Shown here one piece after another: positions 1 through 8,883 of a stretch of DNA of 64,000 bases (positions are counted from its first letter, which is position 1; the number at the start of each line of letters is the position of its first letter). The stretch is from the NCBI GenBank assembly GCA_963806485.1, contig CAWDXY010000001.1, positions 270,212-334,211 on the forward strand, in the 5' to 3' direction. Source of the stretch: an uncultured delta proteobacterium. Its GTDB lineage: Bacteria; Desulfobacterota; Binatia; Binatales; Binataceae. The translations under genes and the position numbers were made by a program. Under the pieces are notes generated by a model. It was not told the DNA's origin. It searched no databases and was given only the letters and a program-made list of their open reading frames with translations.

Positions 1-19
1 AGCCGGGCTGGCCTATCGC

Positions 20-1351
20 CTAATAGTAGTCGACCGGATCGATCTGGCGCTTGGCGCCCCAGTAGAAGAGCATGTTCTCGGTCAGGCCCTGCCAGGTGAA
101 CTTGCCGGGCGGCATCAGCAGCCGCTTGAACATCGACTTGAGCGAGTAGAACTCCTTGGTGCAGCGCCACACGCCTTCCTCGACTTCCTGCGGCGACATG
201 TTCTTGGGCACGAACATGCAGCGGAAGTTGTTGGTATAGAGGTCAGCGTCGGGGATTATCACGCGGCCTTCGTTCTCGAGCTGCGTGCGCATCGGCGTGC
301 CGACGCGCGGCGTCACCGTGTTGAAGAACGCCTCGGGCGCCTTGACCTCGTGCAGGAACTTCAGCGTGTCGTCGAAAATTCCCGGATGGTCCTCTTCCAG
401 CCCGAACAGGAAGTTGAGCGAATAGTAAATCCCGTGTTTTTCGAGCTTCTTGAGCAGCTTCTTATACTGCCCCGCGTGATTCTGAATCTTGTTCATCGAC
501 AGCAGGCTTTCCTGGCTGATCGATTCGACGCCGATGTTGACGTGGAAGATTCCCGCCTTGGCCGCCAGCTCGAGCAAATCATCGTCGTGATTCGAGTTGA
601 TCGTCCACAGGCATGAGAAGCGGATGTTGAGCGGCTCGAGCGCCTTGAACAGCTCGCGCGCGAACTTGTGCTTGCCGGTGATTTGATCGTCGATAAACTG
701 AAAGCGCTTGAAGCCGGTGATTTTGACGACCTGCTTGATCTCCTCGACGATGTCCTCAATCGGCCGCGTGCGATACGCGCCGTCGTAGAACACCGGAATC
801 TCGCAGAACGAGCATCGATACGGGCATCCGCGGCTCGCCTGCACCGGCACCGCCTTGAACAGGTAGCGATTGAGCTTGAGCAGCTCGTGGCGCGGGCGCG
901 GCAGGTTCTTCAGGTCGTGGACCTTGTCGGCCTTGTAAATTTGCTTGAGCTTGCCGTCGCGCCAGTCCTGCAGCAGTTCGGGCCAGACCAAATCCGCCTC
1001 GCCCTTCACGACCGCGTCGCAATGATGCAGCGCCTCTTCGGTCTGCAGCGTCGCATGGAATCCGCCGAAGACTACCGGGATGCCGCGTTTGCGGAACTCG
1101 TCGCCGAGCTGGTACGCGCGCAGCGACGCGCCGATAGTGGTCGTCATGCCGACCAGGTCCCATCCGCCGTCGAAGTTGATGTCCTCGAGACGTTCGTCAC
1201 ACAGCGTTACGTCGTATTCGTCAGGCGTCAGTCCCGCCATCAGCGGAATCATCAGCCCCATGATCAACCGCCATCGCGTCTTATGCGGCGTGCCGTCGAG
1301 ATGGACGGTCGTGGGTTGCACCAACAGGATTTTAGGCTTCTTACCGATCAT
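20..1351 (-). CDS. hpnJ: B12-binding radical SAM protein, hopanoid biosynthesis-associated (HpnJ-like)
   Basis: 443 aa. N-terminal B12-binding-like region, then CxxxCxxC (RGCPYRCSFC) radical SAM motif. Sits beside the hopanoid locus and the hpnK-like gene. Confidence 0.7.
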   Translation of the reverse strand: MIGKKPKILLVQPTTVHLDGTPHKTRWRLIMGLMIPLMAGLTPDEYDVTLCDERLEDINFDGGWDLVGMTTTIGASLRAYQLGDEFRKRGIPVVFGGFHATLQTEEALHHCDAVVKGEADLVWPELLQDWRDGKLKQIYKADKVHDLKNLPRPRHELLKLNRYLFKAVPVQASRGCPYRCSFCEIPVFYDGAYRTRPIEDIVEEIKQVVKITGFKRFQFIDDQITGKHKFARELFKALEPLNIRFSCLWTINSNHDDDLLELAAKAGIFHVNIGVESISQESLLSMNKIQNHAGQYKKLLKKLEKHGIYYSLNFLFGLEEDHPGIFDDTLKFLHEVKAPEAFFNTVTPRVGTPMRTQLENEGRVIIPDADLYTNNFRCMFVPKNMSPQEVEEGVWRCTKEFYSLKSMFKRLLMPPGKFTWQGLTENMLFYWGAKRQIDPVDYY

Positions 1352-1384
1352 ACTTCCTCCGCCTGTAAGATCTCGATTCCTCTC

Positions 1385-2569
1385 TTACAGGCTTTCAGCG
1401 GTTATCGAAGATGAGGTGCGGCCGGTAATCCATATCAAGACCGCGGCAAACACATAAGTGCCGAAGGCCGTTCCCCAAGCGAAGTACTCTAGCCGATTAA
1501 TCAAGGCCAATACCACGAGCATGTACGCGAAATCGCGCCCGCTCCATCGATCGACTTTGTCCAGCCACGCCGCCGCCTGCTCGCCTTTCACCTTGAAGGC
1601 GCGCATCGTGGCATACGCGCACATCGCGAATCCGCCAAGTTGAATCGGAATCAGATATAAATAAGCGGAGCTGTGCGCGACCCGGTAGCATCCGACCATC
1701 AGGCCGACGAACACCGCGACGTGCACGACATTGTCGGTGACGACGTCGAGCTTGCCGCCGAAATCGCTCTCGATCATTTTAAGGCGCGCCAGTTCGCCGT
1801 CGACGCCGTCGATAGTGATCGAAATTAAAAAGAAAATTGCCGCGAACAGGCGCATCCAGTAGTTCGGCACCGAGAACATCCATGCGCAAGCCAGCCCGAA
1901 CATCGTGTTTGCCACCGTGATCATGTTCGGCGTGACGCGCGTATACGACGCGAGCCAGTAGCTGATTCGCCACGACACGCGCCGGTCCACCCATCGCGCC
2001 ATCGGTGCGTCCTTGTGGGCCGATTCCTCGCGAATCGATTTCGCCAGCCGCAGTTCCGCTTCGTCGCGATCCTCGGGACGCCCATTCAGCGCGAACGGCA
2101 GCAGACTTGCCGCTGAGCCCGCGACTGTCGTCGAAATTCCCCCGCGCTTGAGAATCTCGCCGATCGGACCCGTCGCGATCTCGCCGCCGCGGTCGCGGTC
2201 GGTGCTGAATTCGCGATGAACGACTCGAGGATCGGAGTCGTGCGCGTCGAGAATCCGCGCCAGATGCGATTTGGCAAAAACCAGGTTCCCCGAAAACGAT
2301 ACGCACGGCGACGACGGTTCGATGCCCAATTCCTGTGCATTAGAATCGTTCAAAATTTCACCGAACGATTCGACCATCGAGACTGTGTCGTAATTTTTGA
2401 ACCGACCCATCGCGCGCGCCACGTCCGCGTACCGCTCGCGCGGCGCCGCCACGACGAACCGTTTAATCCCGGCACGCTCGCAATTAATCATCAGCCGCTC
2501 CAAAAGCGGGCGACCGAAGACCGCGTTGGTGGCACGATCGGGTGCAGCGATTAGAGCAGTTTCAATCAA
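1385..2569 (-). CDS. Bifunctional nucleotidyltransferase / CDP-alcohol phosphatidyltransferase (IPCT/DIPPS-like architecture)
   Basis: N-terminal MobA-like NTP-transferase fold (LIAAPD...GRPLLERL). C-terminal polytopic membrane domain has a perfect CDP-OH phosphotransferase motif: DGVDGELARLKMIESDFGGKLDVVTD = D-G-x2-A-R-x8-G-x3-D-x3-D. Confidence 0.6.
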   Translation of the reverse strand: MIETALIAAPDRATNAVFGRPLLERLMINCERAGIKRFVVAAPRERYADVARAMGRFKNYDTVSMVESFGEILNDSNAQELGIEPSSPCVSFSGNLVFAKSHLARILDAHDSDPRVVHREFSTDRDRGGEIATGPIGEILKRGGISTTVAGSAASLLPFALNGRPEDRDEAELRLAKSIREESAHKDAPMARWVDRRVSWRISYWLASYTRVTPNMITVANTMFGLACAWMFSVPNYWMRLFAAIFFLISITIDGVDGELARLKMIESDFGGKLDVVTDNVVHVAVFVGLMVGCYRVAHSSAYLYLIPIQLGGFAMCAYATMRAFKVKGEQAAAWLDKVDRWSGRDFAYMLVVLALINRLEYFAWGTAFGTYVFAAVLIWITGRTSSSITAESL

Positions 2570-2844
2570 CGTCGTCCTGTTAAAATCCGGTTTCCCCCGT
2601 CTTCCGCAATCGCGTCACCGTAACACAGCGGTAACGCTGGCGGAAGTAGCCCTACTACTAGCATCCACAGTTAATTATGAGTTCAACTTTCAATTGAAGC
2701 GAGAGTTTTTTCGGCTGGTCGGACCCGCCTTCGATGGGTTCTCTGAGGCACATAGTCGGTCGAGACCGCGGATTTTTCCTGGCTTGTTTTAGTTGATTAA
2801 CGAAGCTAGAGGCTGACCATCGCGGCTGTTAAACTGGCCGTTTC

Positions 2845-3573
2845 ATGGGCACGATCACCGCTCTGCTATTTGATTTCGGCGGCACGCTCGACGGGCCCGC
2901 GCATTGGCTCGACCGCTTTCTGGCCAGCTACCGGGCGGCGGGAATCGAAATTTCGCGCGCCGAGCTCGACCCGGCCTTCGAGCATGCGACCCGAATCGGC
3001 TACGGGGCGACCCGGGTGGTGGCGCGCTTCGGGCTGACGGACCTCGTGCGGTTCCTCGTCGGCCATCAATTCGAATACCTGCGGAAAAGCGGGCCGGAGC
3101 CGCTGCGGGCGACACTCGAGGCGTCGGGCGCCGCAGGACGTCATCGATTCGTCGAGGCCGTCACCAACTCTTTCGTCCGCGAGACGTCGGCCGGGCTGGC
3201 GCATAGCCGCGAGGTCATCGGCACGCTCAAACCCCGCTTCAAGATGGGCATCGTGTCGAACTTCTACGGAAACCTCGACCGCATCCTGGCCGAGGCGAAG
3301 CTCGATCGATTCTTCGCGGCGGTCGCCGATTCGTCGCGCGTTCAAATTTTCAAACCCGACCCGGCCATCTTCGAAGTCGCTTTGAAAAAAATACAATGTG
3401 CGCCCGAGTCCACTGCGATGATTGGCGATTCGCCCGCCAAGGATTGCGCGCCCGCGCACCGACTCGGGATGCGCACCGTCTGGCTGCGCACCGGCGCGCA
3501 AATGGGCGACGACGATGCTTCCGCCGACATCACGATTCGATCGATCGACGAAGTCGCGCAAATCCAGTGGTGA
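2845..3573 (+). CDS. HAD-superfamily hydrolase
   Basis: N-terminal motif I LLFDFGGTL and a later DxxxD-type motif (MIGDSPAKD). Its stop overlaps the GTG start of the next gene. Confidence 0.6.
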   Translation: MGTITALLFDFGGTLDGPAHWLDRFLASYRAAGIEISRAELDPAFEHATRIGYGATRVVARFGLTDLVRFLVGHQFEYLRKSGPEPLRATLEASGAAGRHRFVEAVTNSFVRETSAGLAHSREVIGTLKPRFKMGIVSNFYGNLDRILAEAKLDRFFAAVADSSRVQIFKPDPAIFEVALKKIQCAPESTAMIGDSPAKDCAPAHRLGMRTVWLRTGAQMGDDDASADITIRSIDEVAQIQW

Positions 3574-4298
3574 AGGAGTTACAAGGAGCGATTATCGCCG
3601 CCGGCCGCGGCGAGCGCCTGCGCGTCTCGACGCGCGACGATATGCCCAAGCCGCTGGTCAAGCTTGGCGGCGAGGCGATGCTCTCGCGGCAGGCGCGCGC
3701 GCTGCTCGACGCGGGCGCGTCGTCGGTGGTCGCGGTGATCAACTCAGAGACATCGCGGGTTGCGGGCGAGACAGCGCTCGAGATTCCGCCGTCGGTGCGG
3801 CTCGTCGTGCGCGACACCGCCAACTCGATGGAGACGATGCTCGCGCTGGGCGAGGTGCTCGAGCCGGGATGGTTTATCGCCGCGACGGTGGACGCTGTAA
3901 TTCCGCAGGCGGAATTGGCGCGTTTTGTTAATGAGTCGCGACGGAAAATCGAGGACTGTGCGGACAAAAATCTGACTGGCGTTCTGGCCGTCACGCGATG
4001 GCGCGGCGAGGCCAGGTCGCTTTTCGCAGATGTAACAGAAAACGGCTTGATCCAGGGGCTGGGTAGCAGTCAGACTTCTCTGGTAACGGCAGGACTATAT
4101 TTTCTGTCGACCCACATTTTCAACTTCGCCGCCGCCGATGCGCGTCGCACGGGCCTCGACGCACTCCGCCGCTTCCTCGCGCTGATCATCGAACGCGGGA
4201 TGCGGCTGGATGCGATCGAGATCGAAGGATCGATCGACGTCGATGAAGCGTCGGACCTCGACGCCGCGCGCCTCGCAATACGGGGGAAGATGCCATGA
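3570..4298 (+). CDS. Nucleotidyltransferase (sugar/alcohol-phosphate NTP-transferase family)
   Basis: GAIIAAGRGERL is a G-x-G-x-R-L nucleotide-binding motif. GTG start overlaps the upstream stop (GTGA). The long N-terminal extension in the ORF track was rejected because it overlaps the HAD gene. Confidence 0.55.
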   Translation: MKELQGAIIAAGRGERLRVSTRDDMPKPLVKLGGEAMLSRQARALLDAGASSVVAVINSETSRVAGETALEIPPSVRLVVRDTANSMETMLALGEVLEPGWFIAATVDAVIPQAELARFVNESRRKIEDCADKNLTGVLAVTRWRGEARSLFADVTENGLIQGLGSSQTSLVTAGLYFLSTHIFNFAAADARRTGLDALRRFLALIIERGMRLDAIEIEGSIDVDEASDLDAARLAIRGKMP

Positions 4299-5116
4299 GC
4301 TATCGAGCCTTGGGAATTTATCGGGAACCCGAGTTTTCACCGGGCAAGGTCGAGGCCGACGCCGCGATTCTCGACGCGACCCTGGCGGAACTGAAGCGCG
4401 AAGGCGTCGAGATCCAGGCGGTCGATGCGGTCAGCTTCGCGGCAGGCGCCGCGCCACGCGTCGATCTGGTGCTGCCGATGTGCCAGGGGCCGCGCGCGCT
4501 GAAGCGGCTGGCCGCAGTCGAGCAGGCGGGCGCGGTCGCGATCAACTCCGCGCTCTCGATTCGCAACTGTTACCGCGACTTGCTCGCGCCCGGCCTCGAG
4601 CGCGCCGGTGTTCCGACGCCGCCGGGCGCGCTCGTCGCGGCGGACGAGCCGCTCGACGCGCGCAAGCTGGCCGGCCTTGATTTGTCGGCGGGCGTGTTCG
4701 TCAAGCGCGGCGACTTGCATGCGCTCGCGCCCGAAGACGTGCATCACGCGACCGGTCGCGCCGAGATCGAGTCGATTTTGGCCAACTTCGCGCGGCGCGG
4801 AATCCGCTTCGCATACGTGCAGCAGGAGGTCGTCGGCCGCGTCGTCAAATTCTACGGCGTCGGCGGCAGTGCGCATTTCAGCGTGCATCCGGAGGGCGAG
4901 GAAGTCGCCGAAGCCGCTGTGCGCGCGCTGTCGGAAGCGGCTTCGGCTGCTGCCGGCGCGCTCGGACTCGAAGCGTGGGGCGGAGACGCGGTCTTGAGTG
5001 GCGATCGTTTTGCGATTATCGATTTTAACGACTGGCCCAGCTACAGTCGCGTGCGCGGACCGGCCGCTCGCGCGATTGCGCGCCGTGCGATAAGTCTGCT
5101 GGGTCGCCCGCGCTAG
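4295..5116 (+). CDS. ATP-grasp fold protein (RimK/Ddl-like)
   Basis: ATGA start overlaps the upstream stop. A central region (GVPTPPG...FVKRGD) and C-terminal IIDFNDWPS resemble the ATP-grasp Mg/ATP site (E-x-N..PG). Confidence 0.4.
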   Translation: MSYRALGIYREPEFSPGKVEADAAILDATLAELKREGVEIQAVDAVSFAAGAAPRVDLVLPMCQGPRALKRLAAVEQAGAVAINSALSIRNCYRDLLAPGLERAGVPTPPGALVAADEPLDARKLAGLDLSAGVFVKRGDLHALAPEDVHHATGRAEIESILANFARRGIRFAYVQQEVVGRVVKFYGVGGSAHFSVHPEGEEVAEAAVRALSEAASAAAGALGLEAWGGDAVLSGDRFAIIDFNDWPSYSRVRGPAARAIARRAISLLGRPR

Positions 5117-5162
5117 AAATCGCGCGCCGGTAATTCAAACGAGGAATCGAATCGCACAGCAT

Positions 5163-6527
5163 TTGATGACAACCACCAACGGAAAGCTTCCTTCAATCAA
5201 AACCGCAGTTCCGGGACCCAAGTCGAAGGAGATCTTCGACCTCGAACAAAAATATATCGCGCCGGGCCGCCAGCGAATCTCGCTGCTGGCCGGTCTCGCG
5301 TTCGATCATGGCGAGGGCGCGACGCTCACCGACGCCGACGGCAACACCTACGTCGATTTCTTCGCGGGAGTGGCGGTCGCAAGCCTTGGCCATGCGCATC
5401 CGGGGCTCGCGCAGGCGCTGTCGAAGCAGGCGTCGCGCCTAATAGTCGGCACCTTTGCGACCAAGGAGCGCGCCGCCGCGTTCAAAGCGTTGGCCGAAAT
5501 CGCGCCCGCGGGACTTACTCGCGCACATCTATATAGCGGCGGCGCCGAGGCGGTCGAAGCAGCGCTCAGGCTGGCGCGTTCCGCGACCGGCAAGCATGAG
5601 GCGGTGAGTTTCTGGGGCGGCTTCCATGGCAAGAGCGGCGGCGTTTTGGGACTTATCGGCGACGAATCGAAGCAAGGCTACGGGCCGTTGCAGGGTGGCC
5701 AGTACACCGTTCCGTATGCGGACTGCTATCGATGCCCGTTCAAGTTGAAGTATCCCGACTGCGGGCTCTACTGCGTCGATTTCGCGCGCCAGCAGATCAA
5801 GATGAGTTCCAGCGGCGCGCTCGCCGCGATCGTCGCCGAGCCGATGCAGGGCACGGCGGGCAACGTGATTCCGCCCGACGACTGGCTGCCCGCGGTCAAG
5901 TCGGTCGCCAAGGATTTCGGCGCGCTGCTGATTGCCGACGAAATGATCACCGGCTTCGGACGCACCGGAAAATGGTGGGGCGTCGAGCATAGCGGCACTC
6001 GTCCGGATATCGTCACGGTCGGCAAGGGGATGGGTTCGGGATTTCCGGTTTCGGGCGTGCTGCTGAGCGACGAGCTGGGCAAGGCGGAGCCGTTCGGCAA
6101 GCCGAGCGCGTCGTCGTCGAGCTACGGCGGAAATCCGCTGGCGGCGGTCGCCGTGTCGGAAACGATCGGCGCAATTCAGCGGCAGCATCTGGTCGAGAAC
6201 TCGCGCAACGTCGGCGCGATGATGCTGTCGCGGCTGGTGCAGCTCAAGGAAAAATACGAATTTATCGGCGACGTGCGCGGCAAGGGGCTGCTGATCGGCG
6301 TCGAACTGGTGCGCGACCTCGAAAGCAAGGAACTGCTCGGCAAAAAAGTCACCGAGCTGATCTTCTCCGAGTGCCTGAAGCGCGGGCTGGTGATGATGGC
6401 CTACTTTCCCAAGATTCGAATCAATCCCTCGCTGGTGATCACCGAAGCGCAGGCCGAGGCGGGCGTCGAGATTCTGGACGAAGTGTTCGCGCACGTTCGC
6501 GACCACGTTGACTGGCGCAACGCGTAA
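5163..6527 (+). CDS. Class III (acetylornithine/ornithine/GABA-type) PLP aminotransferase, possible HpnO analog
   Basis: 454 aa with typical class III aminotransferase N-terminus and PLP-lysine region (TVGKGMGSGFP). HpnO of hopanoid clusters belongs to the same class. Confidence 0.65.
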   Translation: MMTTTNGKLPSIKTAVPGPKSKEIFDLEQKYIAPGRQRISLLAGLAFDHGEGATLTDADGNTYVDFFAGVAVASLGHAHPGLAQALSKQASRLIVGTFATKERAAAFKALAEIAPAGLTRAHLYSGGAEAVEAALRLARSATGKHEAVSFWGGFHGKSGGVLGLIGDESKQGYGPLQGGQYTVPYADCYRCPFKLKYPDCGLYCVDFARQQIKMSSSGALAAIVAEPMQGTAGNVIPPDDWLPAVKSVAKDFGALLIADEMITGFGRTGKWWGVEHSGTRPDIVTVGKGMGSGFPVSGVLLSDELGKAEPFGKPSASSSSYGGNPLAAVAVSETIGAIQRQHLVENSRNVGAMMLSRLVQLKEKYEFIGDVRGKGLLIGVELVRDLESKELLGKKVTELIFSECLKRGLVMMAYFPKIRINPSLVITEAQAEAGVEILDEVFAHVRDHVDWRNA

Positions 6528-6543
6528 GCGAAATCTTTTTCTG

Positions 6544-7017
6544 ATGGCCAATCCGAATGGCAACGCGGCGCTGTTTTTCGATCTCGGCGGCACTCTCGTC
6601 AAGCTGAACGAGTCGCGCGAGATTCCGCTCGACGCCGACGGCAATATCGTAATCGAACTGCTACCCGGCGTGGCCGACAAGCTTCGGCCCTTGCATAACC
6701 ATCTGATGTTCGTCGTGACCAACCAGGCGGGAATCCGGCGCGGCCGTCTGACAGCTGAGAAAGTCGAAGCCGCGCTCGAGGAGCTCGACAATCGGCTCGG
6801 CGATATCCTGACCGGATGGCAGGTCTGCCCGCATACCGACGACGACAATTGCGAATGCCGCAAGCCGAAGGGCGGCATGATTACGGAGCTCGCGGATTTG
6901 TACGGCGTCGATTTGGCGTCGTCGACAATGGTCGGCGATCAGGAAGTCGACCGGCTGGCAGGCGAAGCAGCGGGCGTCGCGAAGTTCGTCGCGGCGGCGG
7001 AATTTTTTCGATGGTAG
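6544..7017 (+). CDS. HAD-IIIA phosphatase (GmhB / histidinol-phosphatase-like)
   Basis: FFDLGGTLV motif I and the Cys cluster CPH..C.CRKPK typical of GmhB-like phosphatases. Start chosen at the ATG at 6544 to avoid a 20-nt overlap with the aminotransferase. Confidence 0.6.
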   Translation: MANPNGNAALFFDLGGTLVKLNESREIPLDADGNIVIELLPGVADKLRPLHNHLMFVVTNQAGIRRGRLTAEKVEAALEELDNRLGDILTGWQVCPHTDDDNCECRKPKGGMITELADLYGVDLASSTMVGDQEVDRLAGEAAGVAKFVAAAEFFRW

Positions 7018-7165
7018 TAGGGAAGGGGAAATCACTTTATTTAACGTGAAACCCACGGTGGGTTTCACACTTCCTTCGGCAGGGGTGACCCCTGCACCCG
7101 GTACTAAGATAAAAAAGATGCGGGACTTCGTCCCTGTTAGAAGTTTGTTAGGGGGACGTTCTTCC
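7018..7165. repeat. Three-hairpin REP/MITE-like intergenic repeat, copy A
   Basis: Starts right after the TAG stop. Palindrome GTGAAACCC-N-GGGTTTCAC, invariant core GGCAGGGGTGACCCCTGCACCC (7078-7099), third hairpin GGGACTTCGTCCC. Also at 8315-8445, 34395-34530, 50965-51035, 59221-59310 and inverted at 59420-59480. Confidence 0.8.
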
Positions 7166-7372
7166 CCTCTCCCTGCAAGGGAGAGGATTAAGGTGAGGGT
7201 CCTAATTCAGCGCGCGATTTTTCCGCGCGCGATTCAAGATTCTGTTTCCTTCTGAAGGGGGTCCCTCGCGTACTTCCGAAACAGAGGCAGAATCTTAAAT
7301 CGCGCGCCAGAAAAAGGCGCGCTGAATAAGGACCCTCACCTTCAATCCTCTCCCATTCTGGGAGAGGGGAAG
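7161..7372. repeat. Long imperfect inverted-repeat element (about 56-bp arms, about 100-bp spacer), MITE-like
   Basis: Left arm 7161-7216 and right arm 7316-7372 are near reverse complements (CCCCTCTCCC..GGAGAGGATTAAGGTGAGGGTCC..ATTCAGCGCGCG). Each arm has its own small hairpins; the spacer has further palindromes (AAGATTCTG/CAGAATCTT). Confidence 0.7.
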
Positions 7373-7462
7373 ATGCTTCGGCCGGTGATGCAAGGGCTCC
7401 CTGGCGCGAGGGGAGATATTCGGGACAGCATTTGTTAGAAAGACTCATTCGAGGAGACCATC

Positions 7463-8314
7463 ATGAAAATTGGATTGCTGACGCCGTTCACGGGTAAAAA
7501 TGCTCATCCGGCGGAATTTGCGCGCGTTGCCGAGTCGCTTGGGTTCGAGTCGATTTGGGTGCCGGAGCATCCCGCGATGCCCGCTAATCCCATCCAGCAG
7601 TTTCCGACCGGAGGGCCGATTCCGCCGCAGTACTTCACTATGGCCGATCAGATGGTCGCGCTTAGCATGGCGGCTGCCGTTACCAAAAATCTGAAACTTG
7701 CCACCGGGATCTGTCTCGTGCCGGAGCATGAGCCGCTTGCGCTGGCCAAGCAGATCGCGACTCTGGATACATTCTCGGGCGGCCGCGTGCTGTTCGGAAT
7801 TGGCGCGGGATGGCTGCGCGAGGAGAGCGATTTGTTCGGCGTCGATTTCCCCCATCGCTGGAGCGAAACCGCTGAGATTGTCGCCGCGATGCGCAAGCTG
7901 TGGACCGAAGATCAATCGTCGTTCGACGGCAAGTACGTCAAGTTTCCGGCGGTGAAGTCGCTGCCGAAGCCGGCGCAGAAATCGGGGCCTCCCGTGCTGA
8001 TCGGCAGCCTGGACAAGAACGCGCTCAAGCGCGTGGCGAAGTGGGCCGACGGATGGTGCCCGATCGCGTTGAACGCGGCGCAATTAAAAACGCGCGTCGA
8101 TGAACTCAAGCGCGAGTGCACGGCGGCCGGCAGGAATTTCGCGGAGTTGGATATCACGATCATGGGCGGGATCCGCGGCGATCGCGCGCAGGTGCAGGAC
8201 GGGCTGAAGGAGTTTGCCGCGGCGGGCGCGGGCCGGTTTGTCGCGGGGTTGGGAGAACTTACTTTCGAGAGTGCGGAAGGGACATTGAAGAAGATCGCTG
8301 GGTTATACGTTTAG
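7463..8314 (+). CDS. LLM-class flavin(F420/FMN)-dependent oxidoreductase (luciferase-like)
   Basis: 283 aa with a TIM-barrel luciferase-like monooxygenase pattern (GFESIWVPEH, GICLVPEH, GIGAGW). Confidence 0.7.
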   Translation: MKIGLLTPFTGKNAHPAEFARVAESLGFESIWVPEHPAMPANPIQQFPTGGPIPPQYFTMADQMVALSMAAAVTKNLKLATGICLVPEHEPLALAKQIATLDTFSGGRVLFGIGAGWLREESDLFGVDFPHRWSETAEIVAAMRKLWTEDQSSFDGKYVKFPAVKSLPKPAQKSGPPVLIGSLDKNALKRVAKWADGWCPIALNAAQLKTRVDELKRECTAAGRNFAELDITIMGGIRGDRAQVQDGLKEFAAAGAGRFVAGLGELTFESAEGTLKKIAGLYV

Positions 8315-8445
8315 GGAAGGGCAAATCACTTTATTGAAAGCGGAACCCACCATGGGTTCCGCGCCTCCTTGGGCAGGGGTGACCCCTGCACCCGGTGCCA
8401 AGAAAAGATGCGGGACTTCGTCACTGTTAGAACTTGGGGGTAAAT
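8315..8445. repeat. REP/MITE-like repeat, copy B
   Basis: Same leader GGGAAGGGCAAATCACTTTATT as copy A, first hairpin diverged (GGAACCCACCATGGGTTCC), core 8372-8393, third hairpin GGGACTTCGTC. Begins at the TAG stop of the LLM gene. Confidence 0.8.
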
Positions 8446-8450
8446 TCCGC

Positions 8451-8690
8451 TCAGATTTCGTCGCGGAGTATCCTGGTCGCTATCACTAGTGCGGTGGCGC
8501 CTGCCGTGGACATCAGGATGGCGCCTATGAAGTTGTGCGCTTGCACGCCCAGCACTTCGAAGATCATTCCCCCGACTACTCCGCCGAGCAGGCCCAGCCC
8601 GATGTCGCACATCATTCCGTAGCCGTTGCCGTTGAGGATTTTGCCGGCCAGCCATCCTGAGATCAGTCCGATTAGAATCCATGCGAACAT
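8451..8690 (-). CDS. GlsB/YeaQ/YmgE-family stress-response membrane protein
   Basis: MFAWILIGLISGWLAGKIL... is typical of the transglycosylase-associated small membrane protein family. Start placed at the internal Met. Confidence 0.65.
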   Translation of the reverse strand: MFAWILIGLISGWLAGKILNGNGYGMMCDIGLGLLGGVVGGMIFEVLGVQAHNFIGAILMSTAGATALVIATRILRDEI

Positions 8691-8883
8691 TATCGACTGT
8701 CCTCCCGCTTGCACGTTCGTTTAGGTAGAGAGCAAGAGCGCTGCCATTGTGGGGGAGTGAGGGATTGGTTGGTGAATTTCGAGGAATGCGGCGGCGCGGA
8801 TGCCGTGTTTCTGCTGCGGTGCAGAGTTCGTGCTGCGGGCTAACTTGCTCAGGCGATCGCTTTAGTCGAGACTTAGCGGCGCG

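Noticed and set aside
5529-6878. 449-aa minus-strand ORF, plus similar long ORFs at 10826-11938, 11920-13014, 12639-13751, 13822-15051, 18325-19311, 22163-23101, 23922-25301, 28539-29573, 36677-37498, 46531-47613, 48353-49465, 49353-50903, 52187-53326, 55489-56484
   Set aside because: All are antisense or alternative frames of genes with clear family signatures. Their translations are Arg/Ala/His-rich without recognisable motifs, the expected artefact at about 65% GC.
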